From Euglena gracilis (Eukaryota), in the NCBI GenBank assembly GCA_039621445.1, contig CP154954.1:47099847-47163846 (forward strand): a stretch of DNA of 64,000 nucleotides. The letters are read 5' to 3'. The stretch's first letter is position 1, and each line of letters starts with the position of its first letter. Both the position numbers and the translations under genes were made by a program. Below, one piece after another: positions 27,501 through 34,800 of the stretch. The notes beneath the pieces were generated by a model. That model was not told where the DNA came from. It saw only the letters and a list, made by a program, of their open reading frames with translations, and made no database searches.

Positions 27501-30500
27501 AAATCAAATGAGTGATCCGTACCGCTAAAGCATCACAGGGTCCACGCGTCCGTTCCATGTGGTCGGGGACCCAACTCCAACGAGCAACCCCACCTCTGGA
27601 TTTGCTTTTGACGACGCTGGCTTCCTTTCCCTGTGTGCTGCAGACAAACACAATCGACTGGAAGAGGAAGATGAGACGGAGGATCCGAGTGCCGCAATGC
27701 TTTCTGGGGTAAGCCCAGAAGCCCGGATCGGTATTGGGAAGGCATGCCCACAGGATTTGCTGCAATCCAGTTTCATGTGCGGATATCGCTGAGCATGGCC
27801 CTGGCCTGGCGAGAAGTTTCACAGCTCAGGGGCCCCTGGGGTCTATCTGGGGGCGGTCTTATATTTGGGAGGGGTAAATTTGGAGTTTGTTGCCCTCCTG
27901 CTGCAGGCTTCTGCTTAAGGGTTCGCAGTACCCCCCCGGGCTGCAGCTCGTCCAATTTTGGCTAGTGGAAATCCTAGTGGACCCCCCTTGGGGGGATCTG
28001 TTAGGACTAGTAGTAGCAGGACTATCCAGGTGGAGAATTTTTCCAGTGACCAGTGCGAAGTGCCGAGTTTTTTTGGACCCCCCAAACTGGCCAAAAAAAA
28101 TCTCATTTTGGTCAGTTTTGGTTGTTTTTTTTTTAGAACTAAATCAGCCAAAAAACCCATCAAAAACCTGATTTCCACCTTGGCGCAGCGCTGGAGGAAT
28201 TTTTTTTCCTATCGGGAGCCCCCAAGGGGGTCTATCAAGTCTATTTTTTTTCCAGTGTCTGTCTAAATGTCCACCCAGTGGACCCCCCCGTCCTTAAGAA
28301 AAGACCCGGCTGGGTGTCAGGCATTTGCCTTGCGGCAGCAGCACAGACCAGCCTTGCTGGAGCAAAGGGAAAGAAGAGCGCCTTCATTTCCCGCCTGGAC
28401 AGGTGTTCTGTTGCCTCCTTTCGCACGCCTGCAAGGCAAGGCAAGGCGCTGTGCTGCAACAATTCTGCATACGCTGGACTCTTGCCACTGTAAGTCAGTC
28501 CTGGCAGCACCCCCTCTGTGTGCCGGGCCGCAGGGTCATCCAGCTGACGGGCTTCTCCGACCCGGTGTATGCGGAGGCCATGGTCACCGTCAACCAGTTC
28601 GACATCTCCCTGGACATCCTCGTCGTCAACCAGTCCTCCCACCCAAGGCATTGCTCAAAGGATATGCAAAGAAGTTGGAATTGCAAGAAGTTGTGAAAAA
28701 TTTATTTCTTGTTTCTCTTGCTCTTTTGGATACCTTGAATCGAGGGGGTGGGTCTGACTGTGAGGCTGAAGGGTGGTGCTCTACATCCAAGTGGAAAAGC
28801 ACTCATGTTGCATGTGCTTTTCCGTGGATTCATTGTCGGTTTTGATGGTTCCTGGACTTCCGCATGTTGTCTGCACATCTACACCCACAACTTGCTGGAC
28901 TGGCTGGAGGCGAAGCAAAGACGTACCCACAAGGGAAATTGTGAGACCCCCCGGGCGGGGAGGGGGTCCAACCCCTTCAGGGAAAAAGGTGCTGGTGCCC
29001 CCACAAAAGATCCTTGGGCAGACTGCGCTGTAACTGTGCATTCTTTGGTAAAAAAAAATGAGAATAGAAACACCGAGTGCCTTTCTTCCAGTTCCCAGGT
29101 AGCTGTTTTTCTGGGGGTTGGACATTTCGACACGCAGCGGTATGATGGGGGAGGGGGTCACCCCCCCCCCCCCAAAGCCTTCCCGACAGCTTTGGGGGTC
29201 CAGCTGACTGATGGGCTGGACCCAAAGGCAAAGAAGCAAATCCAGCTGAGAATTTCCGTAGGAGAAAAAATGCCCCAAAACACACCCCTCCCATCGCCCT
29301 TTATTAACCCTTCACATTTCTGCCGGAAACGTCTGGGCCTTGGCTAGAGCCAGCGAGCTGCAACTTGGACCTGCAGCTTTGTTTTCATTCATGAAAATAA
29401 GTCCAAAGGTGTTCCAACTTATCGCCCACAACTCGTTGGTTGTTCTCATCAAAATCCAATACTTTGTTAAGCGTCATAGCGCAATCTGCTACACAATGGT
29501 GCGCATGGGAGATTTGCTGCAAGAGTGGGTGCTCCATTGGGAGGTTTGCAACTATGCGCTGAATCGTGTTAGTGGGGTGTACGGGGGTATCCCAACGTGG
29601 GGTGTACGGGGGGTGTCCCCTAGGTCTTCCGCATCATTGTCCATGGGTTGAACGGTACCTGCGTTTGCGGGCACCATGCAACGCATTTCTGGATGTCAGG
29701 GCAATGTGGGAAAGGACCCAGTATCAGGTATTGCTGGCAACTGTCCGTAAGGACTTGGGGGGGGAGCGCAGGGGGGAACACCCTTCCCTCGGCTAGTGGA
29801 AAAGGACGCTGGTTTCCTGGATTCCCCTGGGTGGGGGGGGGCAGTGTCCGTTTCACTCCCTCACAGTTTTAACGTTTTTTTGTTTTCCTCTTGTTTTATT
29901 TTTTTGTTTGCATTTTGTGCAGTTTTTATTTTATTATTTTTGAAAACCGATATGTTTCATGCTTGCACTCATTTTTTTCCTTCGATTTTTATCAATTTTT
30001 CACATGTCTTTGGCCCTCCGTATTTGCATTTTTTTGCATCTTTTCTTTCACATGCTTTTCAGGTCATCGCGAAAAAAGGGTCTAAATGTGGCGGAGTTGC
30101 AGCACAGATCCACATGCCTTCTTCATTCCTTCCCTCTGTTCGAATGGGAGGCGGTCTTATTACACATTTGATTCTCATTGCAATTGGTGGGCTTTTGGCC
30201 ACCTGAGGAAGAGTGCCTTGGGATCATTTGCTGCAAAGCCTCACGGTGGAGCTGGCGACCCAAGGGGACCTGAAGCTTTGTGAGCGGCCGGAGACATACA
30301 CGCTGGCCCCCAAGGAGCAGGTCAACATGCGGGTCAACATCAAAGTTTCGTCGACCGACACAGGTGTGATACGTATGAGGAACGTTTTAGAAACTCGAAA
30401 GAAAATTTTGCCCTTGACATTGGGGGGGGCATTCTAACTTGCCAGCGTTGTCTGAGGCACAGTTTGAAACACCTAATGGTAGAGGATGAAGGTTGGACGT

Positions 30501-30988
30501 CGTCCGCTTTTTGCAAGGCAAAGAGCAAATGGCAACCCAATGAGGTCACTCTCCATCTGCCCAAGGTGTGTTGTTTTTTTTTCTTTTGGCGGCGCAACCT
30601 CAACGATGCGTGATCCTTGAAGTTAATACAGAGCTCAAATGAAAAAAGTCTTGGCCGACCCCACCCCCTCCCTCCGCCCCTTCTGGAGACATTTGGTCTA
30701 TTGCCATGGCCAGGGTGTGGGTGGCCAACGGTGGGGATGTGAAGGCCCCCCCCCCTCCTGGGCAGGGACCCCTCCCCCAGGGGGATGAACCAAATTTTGG
30801 CTTCTTTTCTGGGCTTCTGGCGCCTTTTAGTGCTGAAGTGCCCACCATGTCTTCAACCGCCGTTCCGGTGAAAGTTGTTTGTCCCGTCCAGTCTGGTGAT
30901 GCGAATCCGGTGCGGCAGGACACAATGCGACGGTATGCGACGGTTCAATCAAATTGCTGTTTCTGTTTCTGTTTGCCCAAGGGATTTT

Positions 30989-31021
<33 letters not shown>

Positions 31022-31147
31022 GTAAGAGTCTTCCGCTGTCCCAGGAATCATCTTCGGCAACATTGTGTACGACGGCCCCGGTGCAGCTGCGGAGAGGCAG
31101 TGCGTCATCCTCAACGACATCCACATCGACATCATGGATTACATCAG
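1003..31147 (+). CDS. COPB1: Coatomer subunit beta (beta-COP), 23 exons joined, 3'-incomplete in this window
   Basis: Exons 1003-1203, 1370-1605, 7326-7357, 7771-7821, 8973-9004, 9286-9363, 9468-9587, 9661-9842, 10236-10401, 11820-11919, 12817-12929, 15364-15465, 16365-16430, 17813-17890, 18085-18176, 20951-21065, 21676-21810, 26153-26294, 27644-27708, 28347-28402, 28534-28640, 30226-30363, 31045-31147 join with consistent phases into 2510 nt with no stop. Recognisable beta-COP motifs: [75 protein letters not shown]. Confidence 0.96.
1204..1369 (+). other. Nonconventional (euglenid-type) intron, COPB1 intron 1
   Basis: C|AGC-CAGGCT...AGCCTG-GTGTT|A; removal gives VLP-KQDH, aligning without a gap. 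Confidence 0.88.
1370..1605 (+). CDS. COPB1: COPB1 exon 2 (KQDHKLKK...MANLDHR)
   Basis: Strong beta-COP similarity; GT donor at 1606. Confidence 0.95.
2217..2326. repeat. Near-perfect hairpin (about 45-bp stem)
   Basis: caaattgtggctgagcccagatttcagcctgaa...ttcaggctgaaatctgggctcagccacaatttg. Confidence 0.9.
2327..4494. mobile_element. Non-autonomous DNA element with long TIRs and nested inserts
   Basis: tttaaaaacgtgttcagagcccgccaaatgcctgccctgaagttcgtggtcatga is mirrored at 4442-4494; subterminal gacgccgggtt/aaccggcgtc repeats at both ends. Confidence 0.75.
5002..6881. mobile_element. Long-TIR element with a second TIR element (about 5344-6438) nested inside
   Basis: ccggcttcacgcctgaacccg / cgggttcgggcgtgaagccgg; inner arms ccccccaaataatacccc / ggggtattatttgggggg; internal (TGCAATTTTG)n. 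Confidence 0.65.
7326..7357 (+). CDS. COPB1: COPB1 exon 3 ([10 protein letters not shown])
   Basis: Pyrimidine tract plus CAG acceptor; highly conserved beta-COP motif. Confidence 0.93.
7358..7770 (+). other. Nonconventional intron, COPB1 intron 3
   Basis: T|ATG-CAAGGAGTTCC...GGAACTTATTG-ATTTT|G; restores AVL-CLMAVY. Confidence 0.88.
7771..7821 (+). CDS. COPB1: COPB1 exon 4 ([18 protein letters not shown])
   Basis: PDAPE motif; flanked by nonconventional introns. Confidence 0.9.
7822..8972 (+). other. Nonconventional intron, COPB1 intron 4
   Basis: G|AGC-CAGGCCTT...AAGGCTTG-TCCAA|A; restores DAPE-L; flanks TCCAGAGC / TCCAAAGC. Confidence 0.85.
8973..9004 (+). CDS. COPB1: COPB1 exon 5 ([10 protein letters not shown])
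   Basis: 32-nt microexon that fills the gap between DAPE and DVTTKRNSF with no indel; phases fit. Confidence 0.85.
9005..9285 (+). other. Nonconventional intron, COPB1 intron 5
   Basis: C|TGC-CAGGCAGT...ATTGCCTG-CCCCA|G; restores KES-DVTTKR. Confidence 0.8.
9286..9363 (+). CDS. COPB1: COPB1 exon 6 ([13 protein letters not shown]...YLRK)
   Basis: KRNSFLML resembles the conserved KRNAFMML; GT donor at 9364. Confidence 0.92.
9468..9587 (+). CDS. COPB1: COPB1 exon 7
   Basis: tttgcag acceptor; [24 protein letters not shown]. Confidence 0.92.
9588..9660 (+). other. Nonconventional intron (73 nt), COPB1 intron 7
   Basis: C|GAC-TGGGAAGA...TCTTCCCA-GCCCC|A; removal is needed to keep the frame (VIF-NLL). 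Confidence 0.88.
9661..9842 (+). CDS. COPB1: COPB1 exon 8
   Basis: NLLSS...[14 protein letters not shown] donor at 9843. Confidence 0.94.
10236..10401 (+). CDS. COPB1: COPB1 exon 9
   Basis: AG/GT bounded; [20 protein letters not shown]...LKKEV. Confidence 0.94.
11820..11919 (+). CDS. COPB1: COPB1 exon 10
   Basis: AG/GT bounded; [13 protein letters not shown]. Confidence 0.94.
12817..12929 (+). CDS. COPB1: COPB1 exon 11
   Basis: AG/GT bounded; IVPVLSDYL...[10 protein letters not shown]. Confidence 0.93.
14549..14760. repeat. (TACTA)n pentanucleotide microsatellite
   Basis: Direct reading. Confidence 0.95.
15231..15325. mobile_element. hAT-like MITE (CAGGCTTGTGCT family, short form)
   Basis: TIR CAGGCTTGTGCTTA / TAAGCACAAGCATG; flanks ATGGGGTC / ATAGGGTC (7 of 8). 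Confidence 0.8.
15364..15465 (+). CDS. COPB1: COPB1 exon 12
   Basis: AG/GT bounded; LWVLGTYC resembles the conserved LWILGEYC. Confidence 0.93.
15484..15565. repeat. (GCGT)n/(GT)n microsatellite
   Basis: Direct reading. Confidence 0.9.
16365..16430 (+). CDS. COPB1: COPB1 exon 13
   Basis: AG/GT bounded; [18 protein letters not shown]. Confidence 0.88.
17813..17890 (+). CDS. COPB1: COPB1 exon 14 (variable linker)
   Basis: AG/GT bounded, phase 0-0, open; falls in a poorly conserved linker. Confidence 0.78.
18085..18176 (+). CDS. COPB1: COPB1 exon 15
   Basis: AG/GT bounded; KDGTYVT...LPLR. Confidence 0.9.
20951..21065 (+). CDS. COPB1: COPB1 exon 16
   Basis: AG/GT bounded; [15 protein letters not shown]. 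Confidence 0.93.
21676..21810 (+). CDS. COPB1: COPB1 exon 17
   Basis: AG/GT bounded; [13 protein letters not shown]. Confidence 0.92.
21909..22544. mobile_element. hAT-like MITE (CAGGGCAGAACGGGAA family)
   Basis: TIR CAGGGCAGAACGGGAA / TTCCCGTTCGGCCCTG; further ends of the family near 18820-18835 and 20593; TSD hidden by C/G homopolymers. Confidence 0.72.
22584..22864. mobile_element. hAT-like MITE (CAGGCTTGTGCT family)
   Basis: TIR CAGGCTTGTGCT / AGCACAAGCCTG; perfect 8-bp TSD ACCGGGAC; partial copy at about 8595-8804. Confidence 0.9.
23107..23365. mobile_element. hAT-like MITE
   Basis: TIR CAGGGGCTTTTTT / AAAAAAACCCCTG; perfect 8-bp TSD CCCTGGGG. Confidence 0.85.
23551..24785. mobile_element. 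hAT-like non-autonomous element
   Basis: TIR CAGGGCGGTCCATAAG / CTTAAGGACCGCCCTG; perfect 8-bp TSD GTCAGTTC. Confidence 0.9.
26153..26294 (+). CDS. COPB1: COPB1 exon 18
   Basis: AG/GT bounded; AFADML...[10 protein letters not shown]; very GC3-rich. Confidence 0.88.
27644..27708 (+). CDS. COPB1: COPB1 exon 19 (acidic linker)
   Basis: AG/GT bounded; phase 1-0 fits both neighbours. Confidence 0.8.
28347..28402 (+). CDS. COPB1: COPB1 exon 20
   Basis: AG/GT bounded; FISRLDR precedes VIQLTGF; acceptor picked among tandem CAGs by phase. Confidence 0.82.
28534..28640 (+). CDS. COPB1: COPB1 exon 21
   Basis: [15 protein letters not shown]...VVNQSS. Confidence 0.95.
28641..30225 (+). other. Nonconventional intron, COPB1 intron 21
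   Basis: C|ACC-CAAGGCATT...AGTGCCTTG-GGATC|A; restores NQSS-HLLQSL. Confidence 0.9.
30226..30363 (+). CDS. COPB1: COPB1 exon 22
   Basis: [20 protein letters not shown]...[11 protein letters not shown] donor at 30364. Confidence 0.95.
30989..31020. repeat. (CA)n microsatellite
   Basis: Direct reading. Confidence 0.9.
31045..31147 (+). CDS. COPB1: COPB1 exon 23
   Basis: [10 protein letters not shown]...[14 protein letters not shown] donor at 31148. Confidence 0.95.
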
Positions 31148-31239
31148 GTGTCTGTGATATTGTGGGATCGCACCAGGGGGCCCATGGTGCCATGCTGGGA
31201 ATCGGTTTTGTGTGAGGGTTTGGCATACGAAGCAAAGAC

Positions 31240-31632
31240 CAGGCTTTTGCTTAAGGGATTGCAGTACCCCCCCCCCCCCGGGGGGGGGCTGGACTGCAGC
31301 TAGTCCAAATTTGGCTAGTGGGATTTCTAGCAGCAGACCCCCAGGGGGTCTGCTAGCAGGGCTAGCTAGTGGAATTTTTTTCCCGGTGACCGACGTGAAG
31401 CGCCGAAAATTTTTTTGGGACCCCCAAAAATGGCCAAAAATGCCGTTTTTGGCCATTTTTGGGATTTTTTGGAACAAAATCAGCCAAAAACCTGTTAAAA
31501 ACCTCATTTTTCCAGTCCGGGGGACCCCCGGACCCCCCCCCCCCCCCCGGCCTAGCTAGTCCACTTTTTCCAGTGTCTAGCCGATTGGCTAGCCAGTACT
31601 CCCCCCCTGGGGGTCCTTTAAGCAAAAGCCTG
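31240..31632. mobile_element. hAT-like MITE (CAGGCTTTTGCTTAA family)
   Basis: TIR CAGGCTTTTGCTTAA / TTAAGCAAAAGCCTG; flanks GCAAAGAC / AAACAGAC (decayed); related copy at about 27904-28308. Confidence 0.78.
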
Positions 31633-31813
31633 AAACAGACAGTCTGAAAGGAAAAAGGGTGAACGGGATTTCCTTGGTACCCCCTCCCCCCTCTTTGTCG
31701 GGTCCAGTTTAGTTTTGGAAAAATGAAGGATACCCCCTTCAATTCTTTTGTCGAGTATAAACAACATTTGCTCTAAAGTTTGTTTTTTGTTGTTTTTTTT
31801 TGAGCTTTGCCAG

Positions 31814-34800
31814 TTTCACAAACAAGCGTACCAGAAACACTTTAGAGGACCGAAAGGATCACCACGACGCAACTGCTGGCTGGCTCCTTCTCCTTTGATG
31901 GAAAGGTGGCTCCGGAACGATTGACAGAATTTTTTTTTTGGTGTGAGAAGAGTTTCTCGTGGATCCCCCCAGATGGGTTGCTTCCCTAACGTCAACTGGC
32001 ACGATATTAACGTTGGGCCTGCAGGCTATGGTCGGAGGCTGCTGCGGAAAGGGTGTGCTGAGTTTAAAGATTCCCTGCAGGGGGATCCTGCATAATCCTG
32101 CATAGGTCTGTCTTTATAAATTCCTAAAACAGCAAAGAATACCCAACCATAATGGGTTTCAGAAGGACAGGAAAAACAATTTTCTGTTTCGCTTGATTGG
32201 TATTCTGTTAGGTGAGGAAATTGTTTTTCAATCATCCCACTTTTTTCTTGAAAATTTAATCAAAGAATTTTGAAGTTGAATTTTGGTACATCTCAAACCA
32301 ATTTGTGTCTTTGGTATTGAGTGTCAGAGAATTTTTTGGCACCATTTTCACAAAATATTCATCATCCTCATCAGCATTTTCCTGTTTTGAATTATTTTCA
32401 CAATAATCCTTCAGGGTCGATACATTTTCCACCTATTAAAGTTGGCTGAAATGCATTTTGTCAAGCTCCATCTTGTCTGGCAGCGCATTTTTGAAGTGCC
32501 GCTGAAAAGAATGGGCTGATGGTGTTTTTTTTTGATTCACAAAAGGCGACTTGCAAACTCTGAAAAAAAAAGATGTTTACAACCGCCAAAATCAAGCCCT
32601 CACTGGGGCCTAAAACTGACCCCCTCCCCCGGGGGGGGGGGGTGCCTGCTTTGCCAGAAGCGAAGCTAGTGGCGGCAATAAACAGGCAAGAAGCCTCAGT
32701 GCAGCCTAAGGGGGCTTTGGGCAGGCACCACATTGCACAAGGTGCCCCCCCTGGGCTTGACAGAAACGGATCTTTGGCTTTCACATATGCAAAAATGGCC
32801 AGAAATTGCAAAAATGGATCGGATTTGGGCTGGCCAGGGCAAATTTTGGGTCAAAAAACCCGTGTTTTTTTTTACACCCCTGGCAGTTTTTTGGGGCTTT
32901 TTTGGAGTTTCAATGTTTTGATCCCCGGTTCGACTCCCAGTCTGGCCCAGTTCCAGCCCGGGGGACCCCCATGGGGGGATTAGCCAGCAGCCTTATTCCA
33001 GCCAGCCCAAATTTTCCAGCTTCTGACCTGGACCCCCCTCCCCCTCCCCTCATTAAGCAATGCCCTGGTCTCAGGCCCAACCCCCATACATTCTGGGAGC
33101 ATAATTGGGAAAACGGTTGCGTCATCTTTTGCTTCCTTGTGGTTTTGTGTGGCGTTTGTAATTTTGGGAACTTTGAAAATTTTCAAAAAAAAACTTGTTG
33201 GAAAAGCTCTAAGGTTGAACCTGCCTCTGGGGTAGGGGTTTTCTTAAGCTGTAGGGGGCTTTGCTTCCTGGGGGGGTCCAGTCAGCCATCACTTTTTTTT
33301 TTTCAAGCCAGCACCTCCCAGCCAGGCTGTGGACCCCCCCCCCAGGGGTCCGCTGAAACAAAGTTTGGGCCAGCCCAGCAAAGCCAGCCTGGCAGAAAAT
33401 TTTTGAAGAAAGGGGGCAAAAAAAAATGGACAAAAAATGGCATTTTTGGGTGCTTTTTGGGGTTTCACTGCTGAAAAATGCCAACCCAGCTGTATTTCAG
33501 CTTTTTCGGGTGTTCTTGGGTACCCACCGGGTCCAGCTCCCAGCCGGCCGGACCCACCCCCCACTCACCACTCACCTGACAACTGGGCCAGAAGCGAAGT
33601 TAGCGCCGGCCATGTACAGAAAAGAAGCCTGAGTGCAACTAAGGGAGCCCAGCCAGCACCTTTTTCCAGCCGGCCCGCGGACCCCCCCCCCCCCCGGATC
33701 ACAAAAGCAGGTTGGTTGTAATTACTCAAGGAACATGGTTCTTCTCTCTTCTCTTTTGTTTCAGGTCTCAGGTTTCCGAAGGCTTGGAGAAAGGCCAGTT
33801 CACCTGCAGCACAGCGTACTCAAAGTCGAAGCCGCAGCAAGAGCCGCAGTAGAAGCAAGAGCCGAAGCAATTGCCGCAGCCGCAGCAAAGGCAGCCACTC
33901 CACGCGCAGCCGGTGTGTACTCCCCCGAAATATAGAACCAGTTCTAACCCTCGGAGGGGTGTTCCAAATTTGGTCAAGAATTTTGTCGATCCGAAGGTTA
34001 CCATTTTCCCCTCACCATGTGCAATAATTTAGACCATTTTTGGAGAGTATTTTGGTTGCTTTGGTTGGAATTGGTGGACGAAATTTATCAGGCAGCATTT
34101 ATTCAAAAAAATTGTCTCTGAAATTCCGAACCTCAAATTTTTTGGTGCTTTTTTATTCTCCGTTTCAAAACCCCCATTTCAGGGAGTGAAGTTCAAATAT
34201 TTGGTCGCTAAATCAAGGACCCCAGGAGGGTTCTAAACCACGCCCCCCCCCCACTTCCAACACCCCCCCACTTACTAACCCCCCCCCCCCACTTACTAAC
34301 CCCCCCCCGGCCGACCAACCAACGGGACTTATAAACCCCCCCCTTCGGGGCAGGAAAATGAAAGCCGCCGGGGCCGATTTTTTTTGGCCTCAAACCACCC
34401 AAAAACTGATTTTTGGCCCTTTTTTTGAGATCGACCATCATCAAAAATGCCATTTTTGACCAAATTTACCAAAAATTGCCATTTTGGGGGGGTTTCGGGG
34501 TCATTTTTGGGGTTCGGATTTTCACCAACAATTCCGGGACTTATAAACCCCCCCACTTACTAACCTCCCCCTTCGGCCGAGACCAAAAACCGGATCCTAC
34601 TAACCCCGGGGGTTTATAAGTGGGGGGTTTATATTTGGGAGGGGGGGTTCAATCTGTCTTTGTTCCTTGCACACAGGCATAATGATTTTTGGGCAATTTT
34701 GAGGCAATTTTTCATTTTTTTAAAGGTTTTTCAGGATTTTTTTTAAATTCATTTTTAATTTTTTAAAAATTTTAAGGCGTCTATTTTCCATGGGACATCA

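Noticed and set aside
28239-28252. GTCTATTTTTTTTC resembling the 3' part of the Euglena spliced leader
   Set aside because: It is a variant of a MITE-internal motif (compare about 31559-31575) and lacks the 5' part of the leader.
31896-31898. Selenocysteine or reassigned TGA
   Set aside because: A single case at a non-Cys position, and the 836 COPB1 codons read with the standard code.
33075-33115. RPNPHTFWEHNWEN as COPB1 exon 24
   Set aside because: It is phase-compatible and ends in WEN, but is about 7 residues short, lacks the EFE pattern, and is not followed by further beta-COP sequence.
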